Source: Candidatus Eiseniibacteriota bacterium (GTDB taxonomy: Bacteria; Chloroflexota; Dormibacteria; Dormibacterales; Dormibacteraceae). From it: a stretch of DNA of 37,239 nucleotides. The stretch spans positions 1 to 37,239 of the forward strand of contig DASQAU010000009.1 of assembly GCA_035635595.1 (NCBI GenBank), in the 5' to 3' direction. The translations under genes were made by a program, and so were the position numbers. A model generated the notes under the pieces. That model was given only the letters and a program-made list of their open reading frames with translations, was not told the origin of the DNA and did not search any database. How positions within the stretch are numbered: the first letter of the stretch is position 1; every line of letters starts with the position of its first letter. This document shows, in pieces, positions 19,325-26,498 of this stretch.

Positions 19325-20001
19325 AGCCGGACGAGCTCTCCCTTGGCAAAGAGATCTGGTGGGACGGCGATCCCAACAGCTCTGTAGACCTCGAACGGCA
19401 CGCCGATATCGGCGACGAGAACAGTGCCTGAAAGTCGCAGACCATCACCCTGCAGCAGTCCTGGCTTGGGGAGTCCAAGGGTGATGGTCGTGGAGGCGTT
19501 CACAGTTGGAGCGTAGGCGACTCCCGTGTCGGCGTCGAGGCCGGACGGAACATCGATTGCGATCGCAGGCTTGCCAGATTCGTTGATTGCCTCTATCCAG
19601 GCGGCAAAGCGTCCTTCCGGGGCGCGCGACAGGCCGGTCCCGAAGATGGCGTCGACCACGACCTCGGCGTCCTTTAGATCTGGCTCGCTCCTTACGTTGA
19701 CCCCGATCCGGCGCAGCGCCCTCACCTCCTGTTCGGCCGCGCCTCGGAGCCGCATCGAATCCACGCAGTAGACGCCCGCCAGCCTCCCCCAGCGATGAAG
19801 GTGCCTGGCCGCGGCAAGACCGTCGCCGGCGTTGTTGCCCACGCCACAGACGACAGCGGCGCGTTGACCGACGAAGCGAGCCACCTGCCAGCCGGCGGCT
19901 TCCATGAGCCAGTCCACCGAGATGCCGAAGCGCTCCTGCGCGAGCGCGTCGACCTGCTTGACCTGGTGGCTAGTGAGTGTGGGTAGGACGCTTGACGACA
20001 A
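19321..20001 (-). CDS. NAD(P)H-hydrate epimerase (stand-alone YjeF N-terminal domain)
   Basis: VVCGVGNNAGDGLAAARHL, DAIFGTGLSR, IDVPSGLDADTG. The annotated start overlaps the regulator by 32 nt, so the true start may be internal. Confidence 0.8.
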   Translation of the reverse strand: MSSSVLPTLTSHQVKQVDALAQERFGISVDWLMEAAGWQVARFVGQRAAVVCGVGNNAGDGLAAARHLHRWGRLAGVYCVDSMRLRGAAEQEVRALRRIGVNVRSEPDLKDAEVVVDAIFGTGLSRAPEGRFAAWIEAINESGKPAIAIDVPSGLDADTGVAYAPTVNASTTITLGLPKPGLLQGDGLRLSGTVLVADIGVPFEVYRAVGIAVPPDLFAKGELVRL

Positions 20002-20632
20002 AGGAGCAATAAGGGTCGTGGCGGTGGATGGAGTCGGCCTGCGAGATATTGGTGTCGAGCAGCCTAGACATGAGCTGCGGCGTGATGGTGCAGACCTGGG
20101 GGAACTTCAGCGCCGTGTTGCGGAACGGGCAGTTGTGGATGGTGACCTTCACCCCCTCCTCGGTCTCGGTCTGCTCCGCCAGGGTGCCCGCCCGGCCGAT
20201 CCAGGCCACCACCCGGCGCAGCTTCTCGTCGAACTCGAGGCCGTCCAGGGCTGGCTGCAGAGCGTCAGCGTGCCGCGCGGCGACCCTCGAGAAGACCTCG
20301 TCCAACGCCTCCGGGCCCCCCATCTCCTGGACCTCCTGGAGCACCATCGTGGCGAGCTGCCCGTACCGCTTGGGGAACACGGAGTCGGCCCGCTCGGTGA
20401 GGGAGAAGAGCAGGGAAGGCCGGCCGCGGCCGCTTCGCTCGGGGTGGCTGACGACGAACCCGTCGCGCTCCAGGTTGGTCAGGTGCTGGCGGACCGCGTT
20501 GGGGGTCACGCCGAGATCGCTGGAGATCGTTTCCGCGCTGCAGCGGCCCTTGCGCCGTAGCAGCTCCAGGACTTCCATGCGGGTCGAACGGCCGGTGATC
20601 ATGAAGGGCACATCCGGTCGATGGCCGACCAT
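19970..20632 (-). CDS. ArsR-type wHTH regulator with a SufR-like C-terminal Cys domain
   Basis: wHTH EVLELLRRKGRCSAETISSDLGVTPNAVRQHLTNLERDGFV, and C-terminal IHNCPF...FPQVC...DPYCSF (three Cys in a SufR-like arrangement). The start may be an internal Met (MITGRS or MEVLELL). Confidence 0.65.
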   Translation of the reverse strand: MVGHRPDVPFMITGRSTRMEVLELLRRKGRCSAETISSDLGVTPNAVRQHLTNLERDGFVVSHPERSGRGRPSLLFSLTERADSVFPKRYGQLATMVLQEVQEMGGPEALDEVFSRVAARHADALQPALDGLEFDEKLRRVVAWIGRAGTLAEQTETEEGVKVTIHNCPFRNTALKFPQVCTITPQLMSRLLDTNISQADSIHRHDPYCSFVVKRPTHTH

Positions 20633-20667
20633 CCTAGCATGGCCAGGCTATTTATTACAGATCATCC

Positions 20668-20695
20668 TTGACAAATTGGAGGGCCGCCCTAAAAT
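20668..20695 (+). promoter_or_regulatory. near-consensus sigma-70-type promoter TTGACA-N16-TAAAAT
   Basis: TTGACA at 20668-20673 and TAAAAT at 20690-20695, inside the only clearly AT-rich intergenic stretch. GGGAGA (20703-20708) lies 7 nt before ATG 20716. Confidence 0.6.
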
Positions 20696-20715
20696 ATTTG
20701 CCGGGAGACATAGAA

Positions 20716-21030
20716 ATGACGATGATCAAGCAGGCGAGCCGAGCCATCGAGCATATGACCGCCCGCGAGCGGCGGATCCAGCGCGCCAAGTACGCGCGCC
20801 GGAACAAGATGCATCACATCGACCGGCTCCTGAACGAGCTGGAGATGCTGAACCTGGCCGACCAGCGGCAGATGCCGCCGGTGCTCTCGGTCGCGATCAA
20901 CAAGGTGATCGAGGAGTCGCCCGAGGTGACGGTCCTGGCACAGGCGAAGCCGGCTTCCGTGATGGAGGCGATGGACGCCCTGTACGAGATCCAGGACAGC
21001 TTGATGTACAACCAGATCGAGGACGAGTAA
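20716..21030 (+). CDS. hypothetical protein (104 aa)
   Basis: MTMIKQASRAIEHMTARERRIQRAKYARRNKMHHIDRLLNELEML... The start was moved from the track's TTG 20668 (which is the -35 box) to the SD-preceded ATG 20716. High GC3, followed by an intrinsic terminator. No family recognised. Confidence 0.55.
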   Translation: MTMIKQASRAIEHMTARERRIQRAKYARRNKMHHIDRLLNELEMLNLADQRQMPPVLSVAINKVIEESPEVTVLAQAKPASVMEAMDALYEIQDSLMYNQIEDE

Positions 21031-21054
21031 AGCCCGCTTCACTAGAAACAAACA

Positions 21055-21090
21055 AGGCCGGGTCCTTCTCAGGGCCCGGCCTCTCTTTTA
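21055..21090. terminator. bidirectional intrinsic terminator
   Basis: AGGCCGGGTCCT-ttctc-AGGGCCCGGCCT forms a stem of about 12 bp including one G:U. It is followed by CTCTTTTA on the + strand and TGTTTGTTTCT on the - strand. It lies between convergent stops 21030 and 21092. Confidence 0.7.
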
Positions 21091-21091
21091 G

Positions 21092-21490
21092 CTACTTGTC
21101 GCTCTCGGCCTGGCGTACCCGCTGGCTGAGGACCTGGAGGAGGCGGTAGGTCACCTCCGGATGCTCCTTCAGGAAGGGCTTGAAGCCCCACTCGGGGATG
21201 GTCGCCAGGGACACGTCGGTGTCCGCCTTGATGTTGGCGCTGCGGCCCTCGTGGTCGAGGAGCGACATCTCGCCGAATGAGTCGCCCGGCCCGAGCTTCC
21301 GCGACTTGCCCTGGACTGTCGACACCGTCACCGTTCCATCGAGGATGACCATGAATCCGACCCCGTTCTCGCCCTTGACGACGATCTCGTGGCCGGCCGG
21401 GTGATTCACCGTCTTCATCTGCCTTTCGATGGAGCGGAGCTCTGACTCTGGCAGCCCCTGGAAGAGCTTCGCCTGTTTGACGTCGGTCAC
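21092..21490 (-). CDS. stand-alone cyclic-nucleotide-binding (CAP/Crp effector-type) domain protein, no HTH
   Basis: LFQGLPESEL...GDSFGEMSLLD...RSANIKA (FGE and R-S/T-A phosphate-binding cassette). 132 aa only. The GTG start is 9 nt after the recombinase stop. Confidence 0.8.
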   Translation of the reverse strand: MTDVKQAKLFQGLPESELRSIERQMKTVNHPAGHEIVVKGENGVGFMVILDGTVTVSTVQGKSRKLGPGDSFGEMSLLDHEGRSANIKADTDVSLATIPEWGFKPFLKEHPEVTYRLLQVLSQRVRQAESDK

Positions 21491-21499
21491 TCCCAGATA

Positions 21500-22429
21500 C
21501 TAACGCCCTGCCTTTTTGCCGTCCAGAAACTCCTGGTAGAGGCGGTAGGCCTCCTGCTTGCGGCTGTCGACGATCTTCGTATAGCCCTGGAGCGTGTTCA
21601 GGTTCGCGTGGCCGAGCACCTCCTGGACCAATCTCACGTCGCCGCCGGTCACCTCGAGCAGGGTCGTGGCGGCGGTGTGCCGTGCGACATGCGGTGACTT
21701 GAAAGACCAGGCGCCCAGCTGACGTCGAATCTTGCGGACGATGAAGCGCGCACCCGCCGGCGTCAGGCGCCGGCTGCGATCGTCCGCCGCGGCGCGGTCG
21801 AAGTTGACGAAGAGCGCCATGCAGGCATCCTCGCGCGCGCCGAGGTAGTCCTCGAGCGCTGTTCGGGCGTCGGCGGTGAGGTACACGGAGCGCTGCTTGG
21901 AGCCCTTGCCCGTGACCACGAGCCGGTTGCCGCTGCGTGGAAAGTCGGTGCGGTCGAGCGCCAGCGCTTCGGAGATGCGGCACCCGGTGCTGATCAGGAA
22001 CTGCACCATCGCACGGTCGCGCTTCTCCGCTGTGGTCTCGTGCGGTAGGGCAGCGAGCAGGCGGGTGAGCTCGTCAGGGTCGATCGGCTTGGGCAGCCGC
22101 TGTTCGAGCTTGGGCAGGGTGATGCCGTTGGAGAGGTCCTTTTCGATCAGGCCTTCTTTGGCCAGCCAGCGCAACCACGAGCGAATGGCGACGAGCGCAC
22201 GCGCACGTGAGGCGGGACTCTTCAACCGGCCTGCGAGGTGACGCTGATATGCGCGGAGGTCGTCGTGACGCAGCTGATCGAGCGCAAGCGTGTGCGCGCT
22301 GGCGGTGAGGAAATCGATCAGCTTGCGGAGCTCGGACTCATATGCGCGGACCGTGTTCGGGCTCCGGTTCGCTTCGAGCTGAAGCCAGCCAAGGTATTCG
22401 GTCGCGGCGGCCTGCAGATCGAGTGGCAT
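21500..22429 (-). CDS. tyrosine site-specific recombinase, XerC/XerD-like
   Basis: N-terminal SAM-like core-binding region YLGWLQLEANRSPNTVRAYESELRKLIDFL. Catalytic region ARHTAATTLL...LGHANLNTLQGYTKI. The start is set at MPLDLQ (ATG 22429) because the longer track ORF would overlap the divergent gene. Confidence 0.85.
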   Translation of the reverse strand: MPLDLQAAATEYLGWLQLEANRSPNTVRAYESELRKLIDFLTASAHTLALDQLRHDDLRAYQRHLAGRLKSPASRARALVAIRSWLRWLAKEGLIEKDLSNGITLPKLEQRLPKPIDPDELTRLLAALPHETTAEKRDRAMVQFLISTGCRISEALALDRTDFPRSGNRLVVTGKGSKQRSVYLTADARTALEDYLGAREDACMALFVNFDRAAADDRSRRLTPAGARFIVRKIRRQLGAWSFKSPHVARHTAATTLLEVTGGDVRLVQEVLGHANLNTLQGYTKIVDSRKQEAYRLYQEFLDGKKAGR

Positions 22430-22466
22430 GTCGAGGCCGACTGCATGTTGCCATAATCGATGCTGA

Positions 22467-23282
22467 GTGGGGGCTCTTCGCGCGCTGAGCTCCAGCGATC
22501 GCCTGGAGCAGCAACACGGGGACTTCGGCTTCGACCGTGAGTTCACCGATCGGGTTCAGGGCATTGCGCTCTGGTTCTATCGAAACTACTGGCGTGTCGA
22601 AGTCGAAGGAATTCGCAACGTTCCCGCTCGTGGTCGCGCGCTGCTCGTGGCCAACCATGCGGGTCTTGTCCCGTACGACGGCGCGATGATTCGCACCGCG
22701 ATCATCGCCGAGCACCCGAAGCCGCGGCATGCACGAATGCTGGTGGTCGACTGGGCGTTCGCCATGCCGTTCACCAACATGCTGCTGGTCAAGACCGGCA
22801 ACGTGCTCGCACATCCCGACAACGCCGCCGCGCTCCTTGAGCGCGATGAGCTGGTTGGAGTTTTTCCCGAAGGCGTGAAGGGCGCGTCGAAACGGTTTCG
22901 AGATCGCTACAAGGTCCAGCGCATGGGCCGTGGTGGTTTCGTCCAGGTGGCGCTGCGAACGGGATCGCCGATCATCCCGGTCGCGGTCGTCGGGTCGGAG
23001 GAGCTGCATCCCGTGATATTCGATCTCCGGCCCGTAGCGAGGTTGCTCGGTCTTCCCATCGTGCCGATCACACCGACGTTCCCATGGCTGGGGCTGGCCG
23101 GGCTGCTTCCGCTGCCGTCGAAGTGGTTCATCGCGTTCGGAAAACCAATCGATGTTTCCCATTTCGGCCCCGAGGCCGCCGACGACCCTCGCCTCGTGCT
23201 CGAGCTGACCGAAGAAGTTCGCAGCTGGATCCAACAGGCCTTGGGCCGCCTGCTTCCTCGACGCCGGACGATCTTCTTCTAA
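22467..23282 (+). CDS. lysophospholipid/glycerol-phosphate acyltransferase (PlsC family)
   Basis: LVANHAGLVPYDG, VGVFPEGVKG, PIIPVAVVGSEE. GTG start 9 nt after CATAAT. Confidence 0.8.
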   Translation: MGALRALSSSDRLEQQHGDFGFDREFTDRVQGIALWFYRNYWRVEVEGIRNVPARGRALLVANHAGLVPYDGAMIRTAIIAEHPKPRHARMLVVDWAFAMPFTNMLLVKTGNVLAHPDNAAALLERDELVGVFPEGVKGASKRFRDRYKVQRMGRGGFVQVALRTGSPIIPVAVVGSEELHPVIFDLRPVARLLGLPIVPITPTFPWLGLAGLLPLPSKWFIAFGKPIDVSHFGPEAADDPRLVLELTEEVRSWIQQALGRLLPRRRTIFF

Positions 23283-23321
23283 GGGAATCGGTTCCTGGCC
23301 GGCGCTGTCACACTGTGCCCC

Positions 23322-23966
23322 GTGTTTCAAAGATCGTTCGCGGGACTCGCTGTCGTTCTCATAGCCGTCGCGTGTGGCGGCAGCGGATCGATCTTGCCGA
23401 GCGGCCCGACCGCAGCCAGTGTTTCAGTGCAGCCGGCGGACCTCCCGAGCGACATGCACAAGTGCGACCTCTCGGGCGACATCGACAGCTTCCTCAACAA
23501 GTCCAAGACAAAAGACCCGAACACTTACACCTCGACCAAGACCGAGTGGGACTCGGCCAAGCAGAAGGGAGCGACCGCGGCCTACACGGCCTTCTACACG
23601 GACAGCACGGCGCATTGCGCGAGCATCGAATCCAACACTTCTGATATCAGCTCGGCGACGTACAAGCTGGTGGTCAACTTCGTCATCCAGTTCAAAGACG
23701 AGGCGAGCGCAACCAAGGGCTACACGAGCGAGTCGATCTTCGGCTTCAGCGCGTCATCGCTGAAGAGCGGAGGCGCACCAGTCGTCGAAGGCACCGCGAC
23801 GGGGCTGACCAAGAACTCGATCGTGTTGAGCATCTCGGTCGCGAACCAGTCGTTTTACGTGGCCGTCTGGCAGAACAAGGCCTTCATGGTCATCCTCGCG
23901 ATCCTCAACATCGATACGGCAACCTGCAAGAAGGTCGCGCAGGCGGGGAACGCCAGGATCAAGTAG
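23322..23966 (+). CDS. lipoprotein of unknown function (paralogue of 28082..28714)
   Basis: Signal peptide with lipobox LIAVAC-G. Mature part aligns by eye to the other lipoprotein. GC looks lower than in neighbouring genes. Confidence 0.65.
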   Translation: MFQRSFAGLAVVLIAVACGGSGSILPSGPTAASVSVQPADLPSDMHKCDLSGDIDSFLNKSKTKDPNTYTSTKTEWDSAKQKGATAAYTAFYTDSTAHCASIESNTSDISSATYKLVVNFVIQFKDEASATKGYTSESIFGFSASSLKSGGAPVVEGTATGLTKNSIVLSISVANQSFYVAVWQNKAFMVILAILNIDTATCKKVAQAGNARIK

Positions 23967-24077
23967 CGGTCCGCTAAACTGGCCGGGCCGATCGCAAACG
24001 CTCGCCACGTCCCACACCGCACTCGGCGCCGGCGGGGCTCGCTGCCCCTGCTTCGCATAGCGCTCGTACTCGCGCTT

Positions 24078-24941
24078 GTGACCGCGCTCGTCTTCGGCGC
24101 GAGCAGGCTCATTGCCCTGGTCGGCACCCCGATCGCTGTGGCGGCGAATCTCAAGCAGGCGGTAGAGGCACAGACCCCGAGTCACCTTTCGCTGCCCGGC
24201 CTGGAGGCTGGCGCGTGCATGAGCTTTCCGCCGAGCCGTGCCGGGTCGGGGCAGACGGTTTTCATCGATGCCGGCCACGGAGGTCTTGACCCCGGGGTGG
24301 TGGGTCGCTCCGGCTCGCGCCAGGTGCTGGAAAAGGAGGCCACGCTCGGGGTGGCGACTCAGCTGAGCACTCTGCTTCGAGCGGATGGTTACCGGGTGGT
24401 GATGTCGCGCACGCAGGACTCGACGATGCTCAAGCTCTCAGCCACGGATTCGGTGCTCGGCGCGCTCACCGGCAGTGCTGTGCACCGCGACCTGGCGGCG
24501 CGCGCCGCCTGCGCGAACGCCGCCGGCGCCGCAGCGCTGCTTTCGATTCACTTCAATGCCTTCGGCGACCCGGCTGTCGGCGGCACGGAATCGTTCTACG
24601 ACTCCGCGCGGACTTTCTCTTCGGAGAATCGCCGGCTCGCCACCGACCTGCAGGCGGCCTTGGTCGCGGCGCTCGGTACAGCCGATCGAGGCGTGTGGAC
24701 CGACGACCAGCTGGCCGCCCCGGCGCTCACAAGCTCGGGCAACACTTATGGCCACCTGATCGAGCTTGGGCCGATGGCCGCCGGTTGGGTCGACAACCCG
24801 AGCCAGATGCCGGGCGCACTGGTCGAGCCGCTCTTCTTGAGCAATCCCACGGAGGCCCGTCTGGCGGCCGACCCTGCGGGGCAGCGCCAGATCGCGCTGG
24901 CGCTCGAGGCTGGTTTGGTGAAGTTCCTGACCGGCGCCTAA
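24078..24941 (+). CDS. N-acetylmuramoyl-L-alanine amidase (Amidase_3 family) with an N-terminal membrane anchor
   Basis: VFIDAGHGGLDPG, EKEATLGVATQL, LSIHFNAF, GTESFYD. Confidence 0.85.
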   Translation: MTALVFGASRLIALVGTPIAVAANLKQAVEAQTPSHLSLPGLEAGACMSFPPSRAGSGQTVFIDAGHGGLDPGVVGRSGSRQVLEKEATLGVATQLSTLLRADGYRVVMSRTQDSTMLKLSATDSVLGALTGSAVHRDLAARAACANAAGAAALLSIHFNAFGDPAVGGTESFYDSARTFSSENRRLATDLQAALVAALGTADRGVWTDDQLAAPALTSSGNTYGHLIELGPMAAGWVDNPSQMPGALVEPLFLSNPTEARLAADPAGQRQIALALEAGLVKFLTGA

Positions 24942-25057
24942 GCGATCGCGTCGGGGGGCAGCAAACGCATCAGCTCGGCGGCGACTGTCTCCAGCGGGCC
25001 ACTGTTCGCCCTCTGCCCGCCAGGACTGCGCTGACCGGAAAGTAAGGCGAGCCGGCC

Positions 25058-25981
25058 CTAATCGCGGATCTGGGCGAGGGCACGTCGCAGAACGATCGGG
25101 AACCGCTGATCAAAATCGCGGCGTGCCTTCCCCGTGAGTGCGTCCCGCTGTCGGACCCACGCGAAGGTGTGCGCGAACGTGCCAACTCGAATCGCGAGCG
25201 CGAACGTGCCGGCGAGACCGAGACCCCAGGGCTCGAGATAGGCATCGCGCAGTCGCGTGAACCATGGATCGGACGGAGGCAGCTTGTTGATCTCGCCGAG
25301 AAATCGGAAGGTGACAACGAGCGACGCGAAGGGATGCGAAATCGACGAGTCGCCCCAGTCAAGCACGCGCAGCCGCTCGCCCTGGGCGTAAAGGTTCGCC
25401 ATGTGGAGGTCATCGTGCTGAATCGTCTCCGGCATGTCGTGTGTGGCGAGTTCCTCGCAAAGCTCCGTGAAGCGCGCCGCAAACCCCCGCAGTCGACTGA
25501 TCTCGTCGGTTTCTAGCGGCAGGTCGCGCCGAAGGAGGTCCTCGTAGCGAGCGGGCATCGTCGAGACTCGCAAGTCCGGAACGCCGTTTTGAAGGTGCTC
25601 GCGCGCATGTGCTGTCTCGCCCCGCTGGAGCTCTGCGTACATCGGTAACGCAGCCAGCCACGACTCTGGGGGATTGCCCAGTGCGCCGATCGGGATTCCG
25701 GCGTCGGCGAGCAGAAGCCACGCCCTCTCCTCGTCGTGACCAAGTACTTCGGCGACCCGGTCCGGCCATCGTGCATAGAGCTCCGCGGTGAGGCGCGGCT
25801 CGAATTTCTGAATTGGAGCACACGCCTTAAACCAGGCCACCCCAGAAGCGAGGGGCACGCGAAGCACAGTCGCCCACGGCCGCTCGTGAGCCACCTCAAA
25901 CGGCCCGACCGGTTCGACGTGCGCTCGGATCCACTCTTCGACAGCGGCGCGGTCCACGCTCGAACTATGCAATTCGGGCAT
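25058..25981 (-). CDS. phosphotransferase-family kinase (APH/choline-kinase fold)
   Basis: IQHDDLHMANLY (HxDxxxxN) and VLDWGDSSISHPF (DxG). The start is set at ATG 25981 (MPELHSS) because the track's longer ORF would translate through a tRNA fragment. Confidence 0.75.
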   Translation of the reverse strand: MPELHSSSVDRAAVEEWIRAHVEPVGPFEVAHERPWATVLRVPLASGVAWFKACAPIQKFEPRLTAELYARWPDRVAEVLGHDEERAWLLLADAGIPIGALGNPPESWLAALPMYAELQRGETAHAREHLQNGVPDLRVSTMPARYEDLLRRDLPLETDEISRLRGFAARFTELCEELATHDMPETIQHDDLHMANLYAQGERLRVLDWGDSSISHPFASLVVTFRFLGEINKLPPSDPWFTRLRDAYLEPWGLGLAGTFALAIRVGTFAHTFAWVRQRDALTGKARRDFDQRFPIVLRRALAQIRD

Positions 25982-25983
25982 GG

Positions 25984-26037
25984 TGGTGCGCCTGGCAAGA
26001 ATCGAACTCGCTGCCTCTTGCGCCGCAGGCAAGCGCT
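25984..26037 (-). pseudogene. 54-nt direct copy of the 3' part (D-stem 3' strand to CCA) of tRNA-Arg(GCG); att-like repeat or tRNA remnant
   Basis: Hand alignment to 27999..28052 gives 52 of 54 identical, same orientation. Identity ends abruptly after ...aagcgct. There is no 5' half, so it cannot fold as a tRNA. Confidence 0.8.
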
Positions 26038-26337
26038 GTTGATTTGAGATCAAAACCGGCCCACGAGGGTCGGTGCACACGAGTTGAGGGAACGGCACGA
26101 GACCACGATCAACCTCGATGCCACCCGTGTACGAACGGCCCTTGGGCTTGTCGGCCTCGAGCGGCCGGCGCAGCTCAACGAGTGGTCTCAGCGCCCCCGG
26201 CTTGAAACGCGCCGCGAGCTCACGAAAGCAGCCTCAGCCGCCTGGTTCGAAAGACTTCGCCAGCTGTGCCCTAAAGGACGCCAATTCGCCCCGGGCCTCG
26301 TTTTCAGCACAGCTTGGTTGAGCAGCGGCGGGGACGC

Positions 26338-26362
26338 ACCCCGTTCGTCTAGTGGACAGGAT
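26338..26362 (+). pseudogene. possible tRNA-Glu-like 5' fragment (acceptor 5' strand plus D-arm)
   Basis: ACCCCGT-TC-GTCT-AGTGGACA-GGAT matches the CCCCxTTCGTCTAGxGGxxxAGGA pattern of bacterial tRNA-Glu. The downstream sequence cannot form an anticodon stem. Confidence 0.3.
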
Positions 26363-26498
26363 GCTGGCCAATCCCAATTTCCGCCCGCATTTTTCACTTG
26401 CGCTTAAGGCTGACTGGGGACACACTAGGTGGCAACCGCGGGGAGATCCCCGGAGAGAGAAGGCTTCGAGCGCTCTGGGATGGGCGAAGGAGGCGAAA

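Noticed and set aside
20633-20715. Invertible (fimS-like) promoter switch next to the recombinase operon
   Set aside because: I could see no inverted repeats flanking the TTGACA/TAAAAT promoter.
21500-22429. Recombinase as the integrase of a mobile element covering 20.6-26 kb
   Set aside because: I found no third copy of the tRNA-derived repeat or other direct or inverted repeats on its far side. The protein has the size and N-terminal region of chromosomal XerC/D. The pairing with the CNB gene is kept only as a finding.
22430-22546. N-terminal extensions offered by the ORF track for the recombinase (to 22546), PAP2-like gene (from 26352), kinase-like gene (to 26098), MOSC gene (to 30356), small ORF (from 20668) and UbiE-like gene (from 32054)
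   Set aside because: The extensions overlap divergent genes, a promoter -35 box or a tRNA fragment, have odd composition, and precede better internal starts (SD, signal peptide or family-typical N-terminus).
23967-24077. c-di-AMP (ydaO-type) riboswitch upstream of the cell-wall amidase
   Set aside because: This context is common in high-GC Gram-positives, but the 111-nt gap lacks the paired ACGGGG/CCGA-type cores I remember and is too short. Part of it may even encode the amidase N-terminus.
26084-26407. 107-aa plus-strand ORF and minus-strand ORFs in the islet spacer as integrase or excisionase remnants
   Set aside because: No tyrosine-recombinase or HTH motifs appear in any frame that I translated, and the composition is Arg/Ser-rich.
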